64,000 nt of DNA from a virus, in IMG/VR virus record IMGVR_UViG_3300018080_000121, positions 1 to 64,000 of that record; one strand, written 5' to 3'. The notes beneath the pieces were generated by a model that saw nothing but the letters and a program-made list of their open reading frames with translations, had not been told where the DNA came from and did not search any database. The translations under genes were made by a program, and so were the position numbers. Positions within the stretch are counted from its first letter, which is position 1. Each line of letters starts with the position of its first letter. Of the stretch, positions 1 to 9,977 are shown one piece after another.

Positions 1-8
1 ATGTACTA

Positions 9-767
9 TCAACGATTCCACTCCTTCACTTTATGTCCAAGAAATTTAAACAGCTTTTGATTATAGGGTTTATAATGAGAAAGAAGTTTTTCTCGTAGTG
101 GACCACCTAACCTTTCTTTATGTTTTGACCATACTCGATAATATTTTTCTTCTCTATTTTTTTTAATATCTTCTTGTCTTGATCTATTTCGTAATATAAC
201 CCCATGTACTTCTTTTCGAGGAAGATTTAAATCAGATATCCCAAGAAAAGAAAAAACCTTTTTCATTTCTTCTGTTGTATTAGCTTTCATCCATTCCATA
301 ATACAAATATGAATTTGTGATTTATCAAAGAAAGGTAATAAATTCTTTTTCATTTTAGCAAAATATCTACCATCAGCATCATATCGATCTTGAAATACGT
401 TGAAATTAAATACAGATACTTTTCCTGCCTTTCGATTCATTTGAAAGTTCGAAAAAGCTCTATCTACAGGATTTCTCAAACATAGAATAATTTTAGCATT
501 TGGAATATACCTGTTCATAATCCGTATGCTAGAGTTTCGTTGGAGATAAAGAGGTGTTTTTTCTCCGTTTAATTTTCCGGCAACACATCGACTAGAATAC
601 CATTCAAGACCTTTTCCCCACGTTCGTCCACCACCCCAGAAATTCATTTCAATGCTTGTTTTACTTTTGGTCATCATGTTAATTTCTGGATGTTTGTCAA
701 GGTTATACCATAATGGTGTAGTTCCGCCCTTTGCTACCCCAGCTATAATGAAATCAGGTAAGATCAT
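9..767 (-). CDS. PAPS-dependent sulfotransferase (P-loop sulfotransferase family)
   Basis: 5'-PSB motif PDFIIAGVAKGGTT and 3'-PB motif LRNPVDRAFS. Confidence 0.85.
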   Translation of the reverse strand: MILPDFIIAGVAKGGTTPLWYNLDKHPEINMMTKSKTSIEMNFWGGGRTWGKGLEWYSSRCVAGKLNGEKTPLYLQRNSSIRIMNRYIPNAKIILCLRNPVDRAFSNFQMNRKAGKVSVFNFNVFQDRYDADGRYFAKMKKNLLPFFDKSQIHICIMEWMKANTTEEMKKVFSFLGISDLNLPRKEVHGVILRNRSRQEDIKKNREEKYYRVWSKHKERLGGPLREKLLSHYKPYNQKLFKFLGHKVKEWNR

Positions 768-1387
768 TATTTTTTTCCTATAAGAAATACTCCCTTTGGT
801 CCAGTGTCGTGCGGGTAGTCGACAATGTCAAATTCTACAACTTTAAAGTATTTCTCAACCTTCGGAATTAGATATTTCTTATCAATAGACCTTACATGAA
901 GCTCGCTTGTTTGACCTTTAAATGGACAAGTTATTATAATTGTCCCGCCAGGTACCAGAACCCTATGAGCTTCTTTTAATGTTTTATCTACATTATATAC
1001 GTGCTCTAGAGTTTCGGTTAATGTCACTGTATTAAATGATTCTTTTAAGAAGGTTAGTTCTTCTGCAAACCCTTGATGGAATTCAACTTTTTTGCTTTTA
1101 ACATTTTTTACAGCGTCTTTTAATACAGATTCCTGTACATCAATTCCAACTATCTCTTTTATATCATCTCTCTGACTAGCAAGATAACAAGTCAATCCAG
1201 CACCACAACCAATATCGAGAAGTTTTGGACCTACAATATTTTCTAATATTCTAGGAAATCTTTTATGATACCTTTTATGTCTTGGATGACTTGGATCATG
1301 ATATCTCCAGAATGTAGGTTCTTTTGACTGCCCTGGTTTATTTATTATTTTATAGTGTTTGTCTTTCTCAATAATTACGTCTTTCAT
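767..1387 (-). CDS. Class I SAM-dependent methyltransferase
   Basis: LLDIGCGAG motif I, GIDV motif II, ETLEHV, LVPGG. Confidence 0.85.
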   Translation of the reverse strand: MKDVIIEKDKHYKIINKPGQSKEPTFWRYHDPSHPRHKRYHKRFPRILENIVGPKLLDIGCGAGLTCYLASQRDDIKEIVGIDVQESVLKDAVKNVKSKKVEFHQGFAEELTFLKESFNTVTLTETLEHVYNVDKTLKEAHRVLVPGGTIIITCPFKGQTSELHVRSIDKKYLIPKVEKYFKVVEFDIVDYPHDTGPKGVFLIGKK

Positions 1388-2292
1388 ATTTTCCCCGCCA
1401 AATTAGGTTGGTAAATTGTATCCCACTGAACTCCTTGATGTTTTGGTAGAGTGACTATATCAATAGTTTTTTGATCTTGTAAATCAATTACCGCCATCTT
1501 ACAAGAACTATTTTCACCATAAGCGTAACTAGCAAATATAAATGCTTTATCGTTATGGATAACCATCCCTCGCCACCAACCTGGTTTTCCAATATTGATC
1601 TTCTTATCAATTTTTACAGGCCACTTCTGTTCCAAGAGTTCATATATAACATAGATTTGATGTTCTCTTGTACCTGACAAATAAAAATCATCGTTATAAA
1701 AATTACCATCGTGACAATTATGTTTATCTAGAACAACCTGTTGTGTGCTTAACTCAACAACCTTTCCAGATTTTTTCCTTCTTTTTTCATTCTCAAAACA
1801 TGTTACAAACTTTAAACCTTTTTTGATAGTGATACAATTTGGATGACATACATGATTTGTTTTATATTTCTCATTCCACTTTTCCCATATATCAATTTTT
1901 CTCTTTTTGATTTCTGGAATTTTACTGAAAACAAACGTGAGAAAATTTGGACCCTCTTCAGGTTTCATTGGATTTCTTATTTCTTCAATTGCATCTAACC
2001 CGGTATTAACCACGTAAAGTCGATTATCATAGATAGTAAGATAATGAAGATCATTAAAAGTAGTTTGGGTATAAGATTTTTCATACTTCCACTTTTTCAA
2101 GTTGAAGTAGTGGAGGTCTTGCCAATCTGTCGCAATTAAATAATCCTTATGAATTATCCCACCTCTCCAACCTGATCTCCTCCATTTTTTAGAGTGTACA
2201 TATTGTCGAAGAATTTTGTTATTGATAGGATCATATTCAATTACTCCACCTTTATTCTGAATAATACTTTCAACAGGTATAATAAACTTCAT
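1384..2292 (-). CDS. Putative beta-propeller protein in the glycan cluster
   Basis: Repeated short beta-strand units with His motifs (DLHY, CHPN, NCHD) and GWWRGM; translationally coupled to both neighbours. Confidence 0.4.
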   Translation of the reverse strand: MKFIIPVESIIQNKGGVIEYDPINNKILRQYVHSKKWRRSGWRGGIIHKDYLIATDWQDLHYFNLKKWKYEKSYTQTTFNDLHYLTIYDNRLYVVNTGLDAIEEIRNPMKPEEGPNFLTFVFSKIPEIKKRKIDIWEKWNEKYKTNHVCHPNCITIKKGLKFVTCFENEKRRKKSGKVVELSTQQVVLDKHNCHDGNFYNDDFYLSGTREHQIYVIYELLEQKWPVKIDKKINIGKPGWWRGMVIHNDKAFIFASYAYGENSSCKMAVIDLQDQKTIDIVTLPKHQGVQWDTIYQPNLAGKI

Positions 2293-3290
2293 TAAAAACT
2301 CCCAATAAGATCTACAAGTCTCTTCATATTATCTTCTCTACTTCCTAAGGTCAAGATCATATCACGCGCTCTATTACCCATCCTTTTTCTTTTACCCGGT
2401 TGTTCCATTAAGAATTCTACAGTGTCGATAAAAGATTTTAAATTGTTTTCCGACACCAGTCCTGTTTTTCCAGATATCAAATAATCTTGCATTCCACTCA
2501 TTGGAGCATTAGTTCCTACAACTGGGCAGCAAGTTAACATAGCTTCAGCTGGTGGAATGTGAAGTCCTTCCAACTCTGTAGGTGAAAGCCAAATGTTCAC
2601 TTGGTTGTACATCTTGTTCTTTTGCTCTATTGTCGGATCCTTTGCAAATACATCTACATGTTTCATGTTTGGGGTCCCATCTGACCCAAAAGTCAATAGT
2701 AAAGTCCCCGGAAAAAGTTCCTTCATTTTTTTCGCTGTTTCGAATATCCATGACACTCTCTTTCCTGCTCTTTTTACTCCTGTATTATACAATCCGCCGA
2801 GTACTATTTCTCTATCTGTTCGTTCATAAGTTGGAAATATTTCATTAAAATCATAACCAGGTCTGATGATATAAGCGTTCTTTCCAAATTCTTGAAGTTT
2901 CTTTTGGAGACATGTGGAGTTCACCATTTTCAAAGTTGGTTGGTCAAGCACCTTTTTCTTAATTTTATCTTCTGACATATTCCACGTTTCCCAACCCCTG
3001 ATCCAATGCATCTTCAAACCACATTTGTCTGGTGCATCAACCGTTGTTTTTACTGTACCATAACCAGTTGCAATAATAGCTTCCGCTGCTGGAATATTTT
3101 GGACAGATTTAACTTTCTTAAATTTTGCTTTGAGTGGTACCCAAGTATTGCAATATTTTCCAGTATCAACTATAGTTACGTCATGACCTAAATCAACTAA
3201 TGTATTAGCTGATTTAATGATTGTTAGACTCCCACCATTATTTCCTAACCCGCAATTCATTGAATTAAAAATTATTCGCATATTAACCAT
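2292..3290 (-). CDS. GT-B glycosyltransferase (GT4-like)
   Basis: NGGSLTII N-terminal loop, EGLHIPPAEAM (ExF/LxxxxxEAM), GKTGLV. Confidence 0.85.
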   Translation of the reverse strand: MVNMRIIFNSMNCGLGNNGGSLTIIKSANTLVDLGHDVTIVDTGKYCNTWVPLKAKFKKVKSVQNIPAAEAIIATGYGTVKTTVDAPDKCGLKMHWIRGWETWNMSEDKIKKKVLDQPTLKMVNSTCLQKKLQEFGKNAYIIRPGYDFNEIFPTYERTDREIVLGGLYNTGVKRAGKRVSWIFETAKKMKELFPGTLLLTFGSDGTPNMKHVDVFAKDPTIEQKNKMYNQVNIWLSPTELEGLHIPPAEAMLTCCPVVGTNAPMSGMQDYLISGKTGLVSENNLKSFIDTVEFLMEQPGKRKRMGNRARDMILTLGSREDNMKRLVDLIGSF

Positions 3291-3588
3291 CCGTTGTATG
3301 ATCTGGACTACCTGTTACGATAACGCCAATATTACAACCTGTTACAGAATCAGTGATTCTTGCGTCAGGTAGATTGTCAGTTTTTGCTGTTGGACTACCA
3401 GTTACAATAATTCCTGGGTGTCCACACCATCCAATTGTAGTGTCTGTAAGTCTAGCTTGTCCGAGGTTGTTTACTGTTCTTGTTGGGCTCGCAGTTACAA
3501 TGGGCCCTGACATTGGAATGCATGGAGCGGGCGGATGACAACAACATATACCTACCCATATATCAGTTAGTCTTGCGTTTGCTGGCAT
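3283..3588 (-). CDS. PAAR-like spike tip protein
   Basis: Three degenerate PAAR repeats (ANARLTD, GQARLTD, PDARITD) with Cys/His zinc ligands. Confidence 0.8.
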   Translation of the reverse strand: MPANARLTDIWVGICCCHPPAPCIPMSGPIVTASPTRTVNNLGQARLTDTTIGWCGHPGIIVTGSPTAKTDNLPDARITDSVTGCNIGVIVTGSPDHTTDG

Positions 3589-3712
3589 TTCTAATTTTCC
3601 TTATACGGTTGAAGAATAGATACCTTTCTCGTCTATCCAGACAATTCATCATCCCTATATATCCTGCAGCACAAATCATAAAAAGACCAAAATCAATTAA
3701 AACATCTATCAT
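3563..3712 (-). CDS. Small membrane peptide, 49 aa (not in ORF track)
   Basis: MIDVLIDFGLFMICAAGYIGMMNCLDRRERYLFFNRIRKIRNASKRKTN; ATG overlaps the upstream TGA and it fills the gap to PAAR. Confidence 0.55.
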   Translation of the reverse strand: MIDVLIDFGLFMICAAGYIGMMNCLDRRERYLFFNRIRKIRNASKRKTN

Positions 3713-4437
3713 GATGCATGCCTCGCTAACTTGGTTTCTGAATCGGCGAGTTTGTCACGATTTGAAGTAAGCAATCCCTTTGCTCCGGACAATTTTGCAA
3801 TCATATCTTCGGTTCCATAGGTACCACCTAAACCTACTGGTTGTGTTTTATAGTCGTATGCAAAATCAAACTCATCAATTCTTGATTGAATTTCAGAATC
3901 ACTATCCCATCCAACACCATTATATTCGTAGGTTAACACTCCAACTTTCTCAACTCCAGAAGGAATAACTGCATCATCAACAGTGACTAGAGTTAATCCT
4001 ATATAACTTGTAGTGTCATATTCTGAGATTGTTATTGTTGTATGGGATGTTGTTCCCCCTTCATCAAATAAAATGGTTTCACCACTAGGAAATTTTGTAG
4101 TTTGATTTCCGTCGCATGTAAATTGTGTACTTGATATATAGGTTACATTGTTTGTTGAAGTTGTATCGGTGTTGTCAAGATCTATATCTGCAACATACCA
4201 ATCTGTTGCATTAGATACACCAAAATCTCCGTATGTATGAACCATATCGCCCTTGTCAGGAAGTAAATCATTTTCCAAATCATCACAACTGCTTGACATC
4301 GTGTATTCTAATGCTGCTTGTTTTTCTTGTAAGTCAGCAATTTGATCATCAACACTGTTTATTGATGTCTGGACGTCAGCTGCATCAGAAGCTGCAGAAT
4401 CAACCATATCTTTTAAAGTATCAGCTGGATTAGCCAA
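3709..4437 (-). CDS. Hypothetical, probably virion structural protein
   Basis: Acidic Thr/Asp-rich protein with terminal coiled coils flanking a beta-rich insert; next to PAAR. Confidence 0.45.
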   Translation of the reverse strand: MANPADTLKDMVDSAASDAADVQTSINSVDDQIADLQEKQAALEYTMSSSCDDLENDLLPDKGDMVHTYGDFGVSNATDWYVADIDLDNTDTTSTNNVTYISSTQFTCDGNQTTKFPSGETILFDEGGTTSHTTITISEYDTTSYIGLTLVTVDDAVIPSGVEKVGVLTYEYNGVGWDSDSEIQSRIDEFDFAYDYKTQPVGLGGTYGTEDMIAKLSGAKGLLTSNRDKLADSETKLARHAS

Positions 4438-4451
4438 CGTTGACCACCTCC

Positions 4452-4685
4452 TTATGAGTTATTTACGGATGGTATTTGATCCATCAATTTATTAATCTCT
4501 GCTTTGAGATTTTCAATTTCAACATTTAACCTTTGTATTTCTGCAAATGCACTCTTTAACATTTCTACATTATGTCTGAGGTTAAGTTTACCATCAGACG
4601 AACCTTGTAATGCAAAGTACTCAAGGTTCGTAATAAGTTGTCGCACTTGCTTTCCATAAACTGCCATCCATGCGGTTTCGTTCAT
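4452..4685 (-). CDS. Small coiled-coil hypothetical protein
   Basis: Heptad pattern in the C-terminal half; in operon. Confidence 0.6.
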   Translation of the reverse strand: MNETAWMAVYGKQVRQLITNLEYFALQGSSDGKLNLRHNVEMLKSAFAEIQRLNVEIENLKAEINKLMDQIPSVNNS

Positions 4686-6451
4686 TATCTTCTCCTCTTC
4701 ATTTTCTTTAAAATTCTGTTCATTTCTAAAACAACTCTATCAGGCTTAATATTAAATTTTGGATCATCTAGAAAAGTTGTTGGTGTATTTTTTACATTGT
4801 AGGTTACTGTGTGGGGTTTCTTTTCATTTCCCCATTGTAATGTAGGAGTTCCAATTAAGTTTGATAAATTAGGAATTCCACTTTGACTTCCAATACATAA
4901 AATTGCTCGTCTCAAAACTTCAATTGTTACACCTACAAGAGATGTATTAGCAGGTAACTGAAATTTGTTGATGTCATAATACCTATCTTTTGGATCAGGA
5001 ATATATTCTGGTGCTCTTCCGCATAACACAAAGGAATATCTATTTCTAAGATTCTCAATCAAATCGTAAAATTCTTTCCAGTTATTCCAGTTTCTCTTCT
5101 TATTATGACGTCTAAATCTTGGACCTAATACAATTACTGGTTTATCACTTGGAATCATTTTATCTACAAATGTTTTGTTTTGAGGTCTGGGTTTAAAGTT
5201 AAAGATTTTTTGTGCGTCTGGGAATTGTCCCTTCTCAGTATATCTTCTAGCACCAATCCTTGGGACTATATGTTCGAGAATTGTATATTCCGCAGAATAT
5301 TTCGCTCGAAAATTATGTACCAGTTGTTTATATTTTTGATCAGGGAACCCTGTTAGTTTTAAACAATCAGATGTATATTTTTGGAAGTCACCTGAAATCT
5401 CAAGCGGTATCAACTCATCAGCGTATTTTCCATATAAGTCAAAACGATCTTCCCGAGTGTATACTATTAATTTTGCACCTTTGTGTTTATGCTTCTTATA
5501 CCATAACACATGAGGCGCAAATCTTAAAAGTTCCCATCCAAACTCACCGAGAAATGGGCCAGCTAAAATTGCATATTTTGTTTTTTGAGTATGAATATTC
5601 TCGGATTTTTCTTCCTCTGTTATCACGGGATTCTTGTCGATTCTCTTATCTCCTTTCACCATGTTATAAAATTCATCAAATGTCATCGATTCAACTTTTC
5701 GATCTGAATTAGCATACTTGATCTTTTCCATTCTTTTTGCGTCAGACCCAAAACCAATGACATTACAAATGCTTCCTACATATTTTCCACTATTTAAAGC
5801 AAGTACTTTTTTAACTCCAAGTATATAAGGTTGTCCCTTAGTTAATCTATCCATCTTAACCCAGTAATTTTGATCGTGTTTTTTACAAAGACCAACTAAT
5901 GGACCAAGATCAAGATACCCAACATCTCTAAAGAAGTTTGGTCTAACAGTCCAAAAAGCACTTCCGCCCAATTTACCAAGGTATGCTTTGTATCCCGCAA
6001 TTCTTGTAGAAATAATAGAACCAAATTTTATGGCGCTAGGATGCTGACTAATAACTTTAACATTCTCCATTCGATGACGTTTGACATCTCTCCAAGCCTT
6101 TTTAATTACTTCATCCCAGTCTGGAGTAACTAACATATCATTATCAAGAAATAACAAGAAATCAGTCTTGTCTTTCTTTGGGTCTTGCTCATGGTTTTGA
6201 CCAAATTGATTCAATGCTGCAGCTTTCGAGAAAGCTTCATGTGTAGACGCTTTTGTGTTAAAAGTAACTTGGGAAATCATTCCCTCCCGGAACAACTTCG
6301 AAAAATAATCAAAGTGTTCTTGGAGTTTATAGTTAGTAATATTATCATAAACGTACAATTGGAATGGATTTTTAGTGTGTTTATGTAAAGCCTCTATTAC
6401 TTTTTTAGTTACTGCTAATCGGTTTCGGACGCACAGACCTATCTTTATCAT
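4685..6451 (-). CDS. Two-domain glycosyltransferase (GT-A/GT2 N-terminal + GT-B/GT9-like C-terminal)
   Basis: FLDNDM DxD motif; C-terminal GEFGWEL and IGSQSGIPNLSNLIGTPTL; start moved to ATG 6451 (SD GAGAGG). Confidence 0.75.
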   Translation of the reverse strand: MIKIGLCVRNRLAVTKKVIEALHKHTKNPFQLYVYDNITNYKLQEHFDYFSKLFREGMISQVTFNTKASTHEAFSKAAALNQFGQNHEQDPKKDKTDFLLFLDNDMLVTPDWDEVIKKAWRDVKRHRMENVKVISQHPSAIKFGSIISTRIAGYKAYLGKLGGSAFWTVRPNFFRDVGYLDLGPLVGLCKKHDQNYWVKMDRLTKGQPYILGVKKVLALNSGKYVGSICNVIGFGSDAKRMEKIKYANSDRKVESMTFDEFYNMVKGDKRIDKNPVITEEEKSENIHTQKTKYAILAGPFLGEFGWELLRFAPHVLWYKKHKHKGAKLIVYTREDRFDLYGKYADELIPLEISGDFQKYTSDCLKLTGFPDQKYKQLVHNFRAKYSAEYTILEHIVPRIGARRYTEKGQFPDAQKIFNFKPRPQNKTFVDKMIPSDKPVIVLGPRFRRHNKKRNWNNWKEFYDLIENLRNRYSFVLCGRAPEYIPDPKDRYYDINKFQLPANTSLVGVTIEVLRRAILCIGSQSGIPNLSNLIGTPTLQWGNEKKPHTVTYNVKNTPTTFLDDPKFNIKPDRVVLEMNRILKKMKRRR

Positions 6452-7700
6452 TACTAATGAGCCTCTCAATACGATTAACTACTTCATCAACATTTATAGT
6501 ACTATAACATTTTGGACTTTTTCCAATCGCATTTCTACATAGGTTCATTCCATGTGTAAAACATGGAGCACATTCTGTTTTTCCCTCAATCCAATCAATA
6601 TTTTTATATGTCTCTAATCTAATTTTTCCAGGAAATGCTCCATAAATTCCAAAACCAGGAACTCTTAAACTGGCAGCAATATGAATCAATGAACTATCAG
6701 GAGATAATATACAATCAGCTAAATGTGCTAATGCGATTGTATAATCTAAAGTTTGTGATTCCTTTGTAAAATTTAATACACAATGCTGCACATCCTCATC
6801 TAACGATTCAATAAATGCTTGAATATGTGTATGCATATGAGGAGCATCTGTGATAATTACAGTATGGTTTTTCCTGACTAAATGACCAAGAAGATCTTTC
6901 CATAAATTTGGACTTGGTGTTCTAATTGGTGAAGAAGCCCGCAATTGTACCAAAACAAAATTCTTTACATTATTTTGATCTAAATACTTTTGACATGCTT
7001 CAACTTTATCCTTTACAGGATTTTGAGTAGGGATAAGTTTTTCATCTGGTAAATTAAGACCCATCCATTTTGTAAAAAGTCGATAAGCATTTTCCTCGGT
7101 AGCTTCTCTACACCTTTCAATAACACCCTCAAAAATTGAATGGTAATCTGATCTTAATAAATGGGTTAAAGAAAATGGAAGGTCTAGAATTTCATCTACA
7201 CAATCCCAACCTTCTATCATAGCTTGGTATTGCGGACCACACGCAAATTTGATTGTGCAGGTCGGATATTTTTCTTTTAGATAGATTAGATTAGGTTGGA
7301 TGAATAAAAGATCTCCAATCCCTCCTGTTCTTGTAACCAAGAGGGATTTGTCAGTAAGATCTTGACCTGTATAAGGTCTATATACTTTATTGAATTGTAC
7401 GGTGGCTGGTTTAAGAATTTTAACCTTTCTGAAATTGTCATACCATAATTGTTTATAAACACCTAATCCCATTACATATTTTTGTTTCTTTTTAAGAACT
7501 TGATGTTTGAATTTATTCTGTATGAACCCTGCAGTTCTTAGAGCTTCAGCAATTACAATATTTGGGGGTGATTCTCGAAGTTCCTCCATATGTTGTACAT
7601 ACTGTGGTTTGTCGCTTTTCAACCCCATTTTTTTAATAGATTGTCTTTGGATTTCCTTATCAACTTTAGGTCCCTTTCCATCAAATTCAAAACTCTTCAC
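6405..7700 (-). CDS. GT9-family (heptosyltransferase-like) glycosyltransferase
   Basis: RTGGIGDLLF, SPDSSLIHIAASLRVPGFGIYG, C-terminal CAPC..C..C cluster. Confidence 0.85.
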   Translation of the reverse strand: MKSFEFDGKGPKVDKEIQRQSIKKMGLKSDKPQYVQHMEELRESPPNIVIAEALRTAGFIQNKFKHQVLKKKQKYVMGLGVYKQLWYDNFRKVKILKPATVQFNKVYRPYTGQDLTDKSLLVTRTGGIGDLLFIQPNLIYLKEKYPTCTIKFACGPQYQAMIEGWDCVDEILDLPFSLTHLLRSDYHSIFEGVIERCREATEENAYRLFTKWMGLNLPDEKLIPTQNPVKDKVEACQKYLDQNNVKNFVLVQLRASSPIRTPSPNLWKDLLGHLVRKNHTVIITDAPHMHTHIQAFIESLDEDVQHCVLNFTKESQTLDYTIALAHLADCILSPDSSLIHIAASLRVPGFGIYGAFPGKIRLETYKNIDWIEGKTECAPCFTHGMNLCRNAIGKSPKCYSTINVDEVVNRIERLISNDKDRSVRPKPISSN

Positions 7701-7717
7701 CTGTAAACTCCTTTCAA

Positions 7718-8233
7718 TTATTTCGATTTTCTTGCTGCAACTCTAGAAAGTATCTGTTGTTTTTTCCTCTCTATATCTGCATAATCTGCTGGTGTTAATT
7801 CATATGCTTTTTGTTTGCGTCTTGGGACTGCATCTTTTAATGCTTGTTTCACTTTCTTAAAAAATTTAGATCCTGGTGTTTTTTGACTTCTTGCATTTAC
7901 TGCTCTAGTCATCCAGGCGGTTGCTTCACCTACTTTTTTTTTAGAAAACGCCTCGCCCATGATATCTTTTAGTTGTTGATTTCTTCTTAAGAGGATGCCT
8001 GCGGTCGTATGACGATTAATTTCACGAGGTTTTTGCGGATCTTCTAATCCTCGTTGAGCGCGAAATTTTCTTTTAGCTCTTTCAAAATTAGCTTCTTCGC
8101 CCTTTTTAGTCCATTTCTTTTTGAAAAAAGATCTCAATCCCTCATCAACTAAGTCGTCAACCAAACCTTCAACGACTCTTATATCTTCTATTGTACCATC
8201 AAGATATGCATCTACAAGTTTATCTGGTTTCAT
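7718..8233 (-). CDS. Basic putative head-internal protein with repeated xxE/(A,G) sites
   Basis: Leader VDAYLD; LVDE-G, IMGE-A, VGE-A separate Lys/Arg-rich modules; ATG 8233. Confidence 0.55.
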   Translation of the reverse strand: MKPDKLVDAYLDGTIEDIRVVEGLVDDLVDEGLRSFFKKKWTKKGEEANFERAKRKFRAQRGLEDPQKPREINRHTTAGILLRRNQQLKDIMGEAFSKKKVGEATAWMTRAVNARSQKTPGSKFFKKVKQALKDAVPRRKQKAYELTPADYADIERKKQQILSRVAARKSK

Positions 8234-8252
8234 GATAACTTCCCCCAATATT

Positions 8253-8522
8253 TTAAACCATCCCAGACATATTCTTAGGTGGTTGGTATTCCTTTCCTGC
8301 TGCTGACATCTTAGCTTTTTGATGTTCTTGTTTTTTCCTCAACAATTCTTTTTGTTTTCTTGCTTCTCGTTTCTTTTTGATCCAATTTGTCAGTCTGGAT
8401 ATATCCTGACCGACTCCTTGAGCGGTCTGTATACCCATCAATGTATTATATACCCAATCTTCTCCCAAAAGATAGTAATCAACCATTACTTCTGAGAGTT
8501 GAATTTTCTCTTTTAGTTTCAT
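8253..8522 (-). CDS. Small basic putative head-internal protein
   Basis: SD GGAGGT then ATG 8522; leader VDYYLLGE; Lys-rich tail. Confidence 0.55.
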   Translation of the reverse strand: MKLKEKIQLSEVMVDYYLLGEDWVYNTLMGIQTAQGVGQDISRLTNWIKKKREARKQKELLRKKQEHQKAKMSAAGKEYQPPKNMSGMV

Positions 8523-8523
8523 A

Positions 8524-8733
8524 CTACCTCCCAGCGAGCCAATTAGTACTCTTTTTACCAAGTACTCCGGGTGTAACGTCTCTGTCTTGACTCTTTTTTT
8601 GTAATTTTCTACCCTCTTTATATTTTTTTAAAAGGTCTTTTAGTTTTATAAAATTAGATTTTCTAACTTTCTGTTCTTTCTTTTTTGACTCAAAAACATT
8701 ATTTAATAAATGTTTGTACATAATATAGCCCAT
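8524..8733 (-). CDS. Small Lys-rich protein
   Basis: AGAACAAA motif just upstream; leader ending VFE; alternative start 8721. Confidence 0.55.
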   Translation of the reverse strand: MGYIMYKHLLNNVFESKKKEQKVRKSNFIKLKDLLKKYKEGRKLQKKSQDRDVTPGVLGKKSTNWLAGR

Positions 8734-8749
8734 ATAATAAGTTTTATAA

Positions 8750-8757
8750 TTTGTTCT
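8750..8757 (-). promoter_or_regulatory. AGAACAAA motif (candidate late promoter)
   Basis: Exact recurring intergenic octamer oriented toward the downstream gene. Confidence 0.5.
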
Positions 8758-8762
8758 TCTTG

Positions 8763-9281
8763 TTATACATTCTTAATCCTTGAGGTGAGTTTTTGTGCAA
8801 CCTTTTTGGGTTTCTTTTTTCCTCGCCAGTATGTACTTCCATAAGCTTCATCTTTTAGAGATGCGCAATACCCTTCTGCTCCATCTCCCATATGTTTTCT
8901 CATTCTCTTAACACACTTCTTAAAAAAGCCTTTTTCTTTTGGGGATTTATCACCAACTGTCTTAGCTAGAGAACGACCCGCTTTAGTAATGGATTTTTTA
9001 GTCCATCCTTTTGGCATACCCTCAAACCCAGCTTCTGTTATTCCAAATTTCTTCTTTTGATTTTTAATACAATCTTTCTTAGTAGCAGGATTTCTTACAT
9101 TTTTACATCTTTTATTTATTGCTCTAGTGATAGCTGCTTTTCTCTGCATCTTATTTAACTTACCTTTTGTCATAGCGTATAAAAGACCACCAGCTGTCAA
9201 ACCTGATAGAGCACCCATTGCAAGTCCCTGACCCAAGGAGCTATCTTGTAAATATTGTAAATACTCATCTAAAGGATCCAT
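8763..9281 (-). CDS. Putative head-internal protein with GxxxG hydrophobic segment
   Basis: Leader DEYLQYLQ, GLGQGLAMGALSGLTAGGLLYAM segment, ITE-AG site, basic Cys-containing C-terminal module. Confidence 0.6.
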   Translation of the reverse strand: MDPLDEYLQYLQDSSLGQGLAMGALSGLTAGGLLYAMTKGKLNKMQRKAAITRAINKRCKNVRNPATKKDCIKNQKKKFGITEAGFEGMPKGWTKKSITKAGRSLAKTVGDKSPKEKGFFKKCVKRMRKHMGDGAEGYCASLKDEAYGSTYWRGKKKPKKVAQKLTSRIKNV

Positions 9282-9294
9282 AACAACACCTTAT

Positions 9295-9302
9295 TTTGTT
9301 CT
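9295..9302 (-). promoter_or_regulatory. AGAACAAA motif (candidate late promoter)
   Basis: 13 nt upstream of ATG 9281. Confidence 0.5.
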
Positions 9303-9419
9303 ATTTATTTTATAAGTTTGTAACTTATATTTTAGAATATTTTTAAGAAATTATACTTCCATAAAAATGTGAAAATATTAGTTCTTAGTATATACAAGGG
9401 TATTTTTAAACCAATGAAT

Positions 9420-9977
9420 TTATTCAAAAATTTTGTTTATCATTTCTTTAATTTTTGTTTCTCCTGAGAAGTTATTTGTAGGATAATCAACAATTCTCTC
9501 ATCCAAATCTAAAACTTTTGAAATAGTCTTTTTCATCTCTGGGAGAGTCATTAATTCAACTTCACCCATACTCGAAATCCATTTAAAGTCGTCATGTTCA
9601 TGTGATAATTTTACAGGTTGTTTAGGATCTTTCATTTGACATAAATAATTGTACTGTGTAGATTCTCTTCTTCCACTATCCGCTATATATGTAAATTTAT
9701 CAATAAATCTTAAAATACGAACATCTAATCCAGTTTCTTCTTTCACTTCTCTTTTGAGACATTTAATAGTATCCTCGTCTAGTCCTTGATCACATTTACC
9801 TCTTGGAAATTCAAAATGAAGGGGCCAATGATCTGTTGGAGATCTTCTAATTAATAAGATGAGGGTTTCCCCTTTTTCTCCTAGCTTCGCAATAACTGCT
9901 CCAGCCACATTTACTTTTTTAACAAATTTTTTCCTATCTGTAAATATAGTATTCATTACTGATTTATCTAAAGTCAT
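9420..9977 (-). CDS. Nudix hydrolase
   Basis: Nudix box PRGKCDQGLDEDTIKCLKREVKEETGL, EHDDFKW. Confidence 0.9.
   Translation of the reverse strand: MTLDKSVMNTIFTDRKKFVKKVNVAGAVIAKLGEKGETLILLIRRSPTDHWPLHFEFPRGKCDQGLDEDTIKCLKREVKEETGLDVRILRFIDKFTYIADSGRRESTQYNYLCQMKDPKQPVKLSHEHDDFKWISSMGEVELMTLPEMKKTISKVLDLDERIVDYPTNNFSGETKIKEMINKIFE

Noticed and set aside
9311-9329. TATAAGTT-TGT-AACTTATA inverted repeat
   Set aside because: Short and AT-only in an AT-rich spacer; no supporting context
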